The translations under genes and the position numbers were made by a program. Below the pieces are notes generated by a model. It did no database searches, was not told where the DNA came from, and worked only from the letters and a program-made list of their open reading frames with translations. Positions 62,573 to 64,000 of a stretch of DNA of 64,000 bases are shown here, in pieces. Origin of the DNA: Candidatus Poseidoniaceae archaeon (lineage in GTDB: Archaea > Thermoplasmatota > Poseidoniia > Poseidoniales > Poseidoniaceae); contig CASIAW010000012.1 of assembly GCA_949372875.1 (NCBI GenBank), forward strand, positions 11,651-75,650, in the 5' to 3' direction. Within the stretch, counting starts at the first letter, position 1, and each line of letters begins with the position of its first letter.

Positions 62573-63210
62573 TTGAAAAGAAACCGGCCATAGAATTAGT
62601 GGAAAAAGATTCCATTCCCAGTGAAGCCAAATTACCGACTGTTCATGGAGACTTCCAAATTCGAGTTTTCCACGAATCAACGACCGGTTTTGACCACGTA
62701 GCACTCACGCTTGGGGACATGGCGGGGCCAGACCCTGTATTGATTCGAGTACATTCTGAATGTTTGACAGGTGATGCTCTTGGAAGCCTACGATGCGATT
62801 GCGGCCCTCAACTTGATTCCGCCTTGAAGACTATAGTCGAGCGAGGTTGGGGCTGTTTGCTTTATTTGCGTCAAGAAGGGAGAGGAATAGGCTTACATGC
62901 AAAAATCCAAGCTTACCATCTTCAAGACCAGGGAGCAGATACGCTCGATGCCAATTTGATGTTGGGTCTCCCGGCAGATGGGCGCGATTACAGTATTGCA
63001 GCGAGTATGCTTTTAGCACTCAATATCCCGAGCGTCAATCTTCTCTCGAACAATCCAAACAAAAAAGAGCAATTAGAACAATACGGCATTCACGTTGCAG
63101 GACTTATTCCGTTAGTCGTTGGAGTTGGTGACCAAAACCGTTCGTATTTAGAAACCAAGGTTGAGCGAATGGGCCATCAAATTGAACAAAGCCAACTGGA
63201 TGAAAATTAA
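62569..63210 (+). CDS. ribA: GTP cyclohydrolase II
   Basis: IRVHSECLTGDALGSLRCDCGPQL...LYLRQEGRGIGLHAKIQAYHLQDQGADTLDANL.LG...DGRDY..A..ML..L......LLSNNPNK. Confidence 0.9.
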   Translation: MIEKKPAIELVEKDSIPSEAKLPTVHGDFQIRVFHESTTGFDHVALTLGDMAGPDPVLIRVHSECLTGDALGSLRCDCGPQLDSALKTIVERGWGCLLYLRQEGRGIGLHAKIQAYHLQDQGADTLDANLMLGLPADGRDYSIAASMLLALNIPSVNLLSNNPNKKEQLEQYGIHVAGLIPLVVGVGDQNRSYLETKVERMGHQIEQSQLDEN

Positions 63211-63213
63211 AGG

Positions 63214-63286
63214 GGCCGTGACCGAGAATCGAACTCGGGCTGGCAGAACCACAATCTGCCGTGCTAACCCCTACACCATCACAGCC
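63214..63286 (-). tRNA. tRNA-His (anticodon GUG) with genome-encoded G-1; no encoded CCA
   Basis: The reverse complement reads G(-1)-GCTGTGA-TG-GTGT-AGGGGTTA-GCAC-G-GCAGA-TTGTGGT-TCTGC-CAGC-CCGAG-TTCGATT-CTCGG-TCACGGC-C. G-1 faces discriminator C73. Confidence 0.85.
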
Positions 63287-63414
63287 ATGAGAGGTAGTTC
63301 GGGGTTATGGGCTTGGTATTTCAACAATCCGCATTGTAAGTCCTGTATTCAAAACGAGAGTGGGTCAAACGATTGACCCTCTCATTCAAGTGTATTCGCC
63401 AGCCTCGTCTCTAC

Positions 63415-64000
63415 ATGCGAAGAATCAACGGCAAGAATTCGGCCGCCCTTTTTCTGCTTTTTTTGTTGCTTTTAGCACCTTATGGTAGTGTTACTGCCCG
63501 TTCTGTGCATCAAACGAATATCGTAGATCTATTCCCTGAAGGGGATTTCAACCAGCCTGCAAATTGGACGCTCGGTGCTTTCACATCTTTTTCAGAAGAT
63601 CAAGCCCTCTATACCGATGTGATGGTTGCTGACCAACGTTTGACGATGGTTCATCATCGTCCAATGAATCAAGATACCATGACTTTTTGGGCACAAAGTA
63701 CGCCCACCGATTCAAATAATTCACTCGGGACACCAGATGGTGCTACATCTTGGTCGACTGGTCCGGAGATTCAGTTGACTTCATTTAACGCAATTGGCTC
63801 CACAGGTTACGAGATTCTGGCAGTGAATGTGGTTGTCGCCTTTTCAGTTCCTGACAACTTGTATCAAGACTCTGTTCGCTTTTCGATGAATTATGATGGA
63901 CAATATGAATCATTAACCACATTTTCCAATACGCAGAGCTCTTTGGACTATCTCTCAAATCCGTGGACATACAATGTTTCGAGTTTAGCAACTTGGGACT
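63415..64000 (+). CDS. N-terminal part of a secreted protein (runs off the right edge; not in the ORF track)
   Basis: My translation from the ATG at 63415: MRRINGKNSAALFLLFLLLLAPYGSVTARSVHQTNIVDLFPEGDFNQPANWTLG... It stays open to nt 64000 and has a clear signal peptide. Confidence 0.55.
   Translation, partial: MRRINGKNSAALFLLFLLLLAPYGSVTARSVHQTNIVDLFPEGDFNQPANWTLGAFTSFSEDQALYTDVMVADQRLTMVHHRPMNQDTMTFWAQSTPTDSNNSLGTPDGATSWSTGPEIQLTSFNAIGSTGYEILAVNVVVAFSVPDNLYQDSVRFSMNYDGQYESLTTFSNTQSSLDYLSNPWTYNVSSLATWD

Noticed and set aside
1-64000. CRISPR arrays, rRNA operons, transposases/integrases, prophage or defence-island signatures
   Set aside because: I saw no spaced direct repeats, no rRNA-like conserved tracts, and no ORF with transposase, integrase, restriction or Cas motifs. 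The tandem repeats present (7083-7157, 11192-11350) are in-frame coding repeats.

Overview
Gene-dense (about 90% coding) archaeal chromosomal segment. The archaeal assignment rests on the information-processing genes: ribosomal protein S3Ae/eS1, aEF-1beta with its upstream Zn-ribbon gene, RNA polymerase subunit L, proteasome beta subunit, aCPSF1/FttA, archaeal/eukaryotic-type TrpRS, ZPR1, a SepF-like protein and a type-A RNase P RNA. These sit beside bacterial-type genes (ThyA+DHFR, PlsC-type acyltransferase, Ni-SOD+SodX, VKOR/thioredoxin, RND/MMPL exporters) and very large surface proteins. By inference only, that mix fits a planktonic euryarchaeote of the Marine Group II/III kind. I support about 65 CDS, including two small Zn-ribbon genes and one edge-truncated gene that are missing from the ORF track. 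I also support three tRNAs (Pro-UGG, Lys-CUU, His-GUG) and RNase P RNA at 37402-37704. I saw no CRISPR array, rRNA or mobile element. The leads I would follow up first: (1) two mirrored modules, each a giant type-I anchored surface protein convergent with an HAE3-type RND exporter; (2) an exported-protein oxidation cluster (epimerase, membrane thioredoxin, VKOR, His-rich secreted protein, second CxxC protein), together with an archaeosortase-like gene elsewhere in the window; (3) a PdaD-like protein that appears to lack the Ser-Ser self-cleavage site; (4) an S3Ae gene that runs into a SAP-domain reading frame across a frame break inside a 15-bp repeat tract; (5) an NYN / (QPAKK)n / OST-HTH-like protein; (6) a bacterial-type PlsC acyltransferase. 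All family assignments come from motif recognition by eye. No searches were run.
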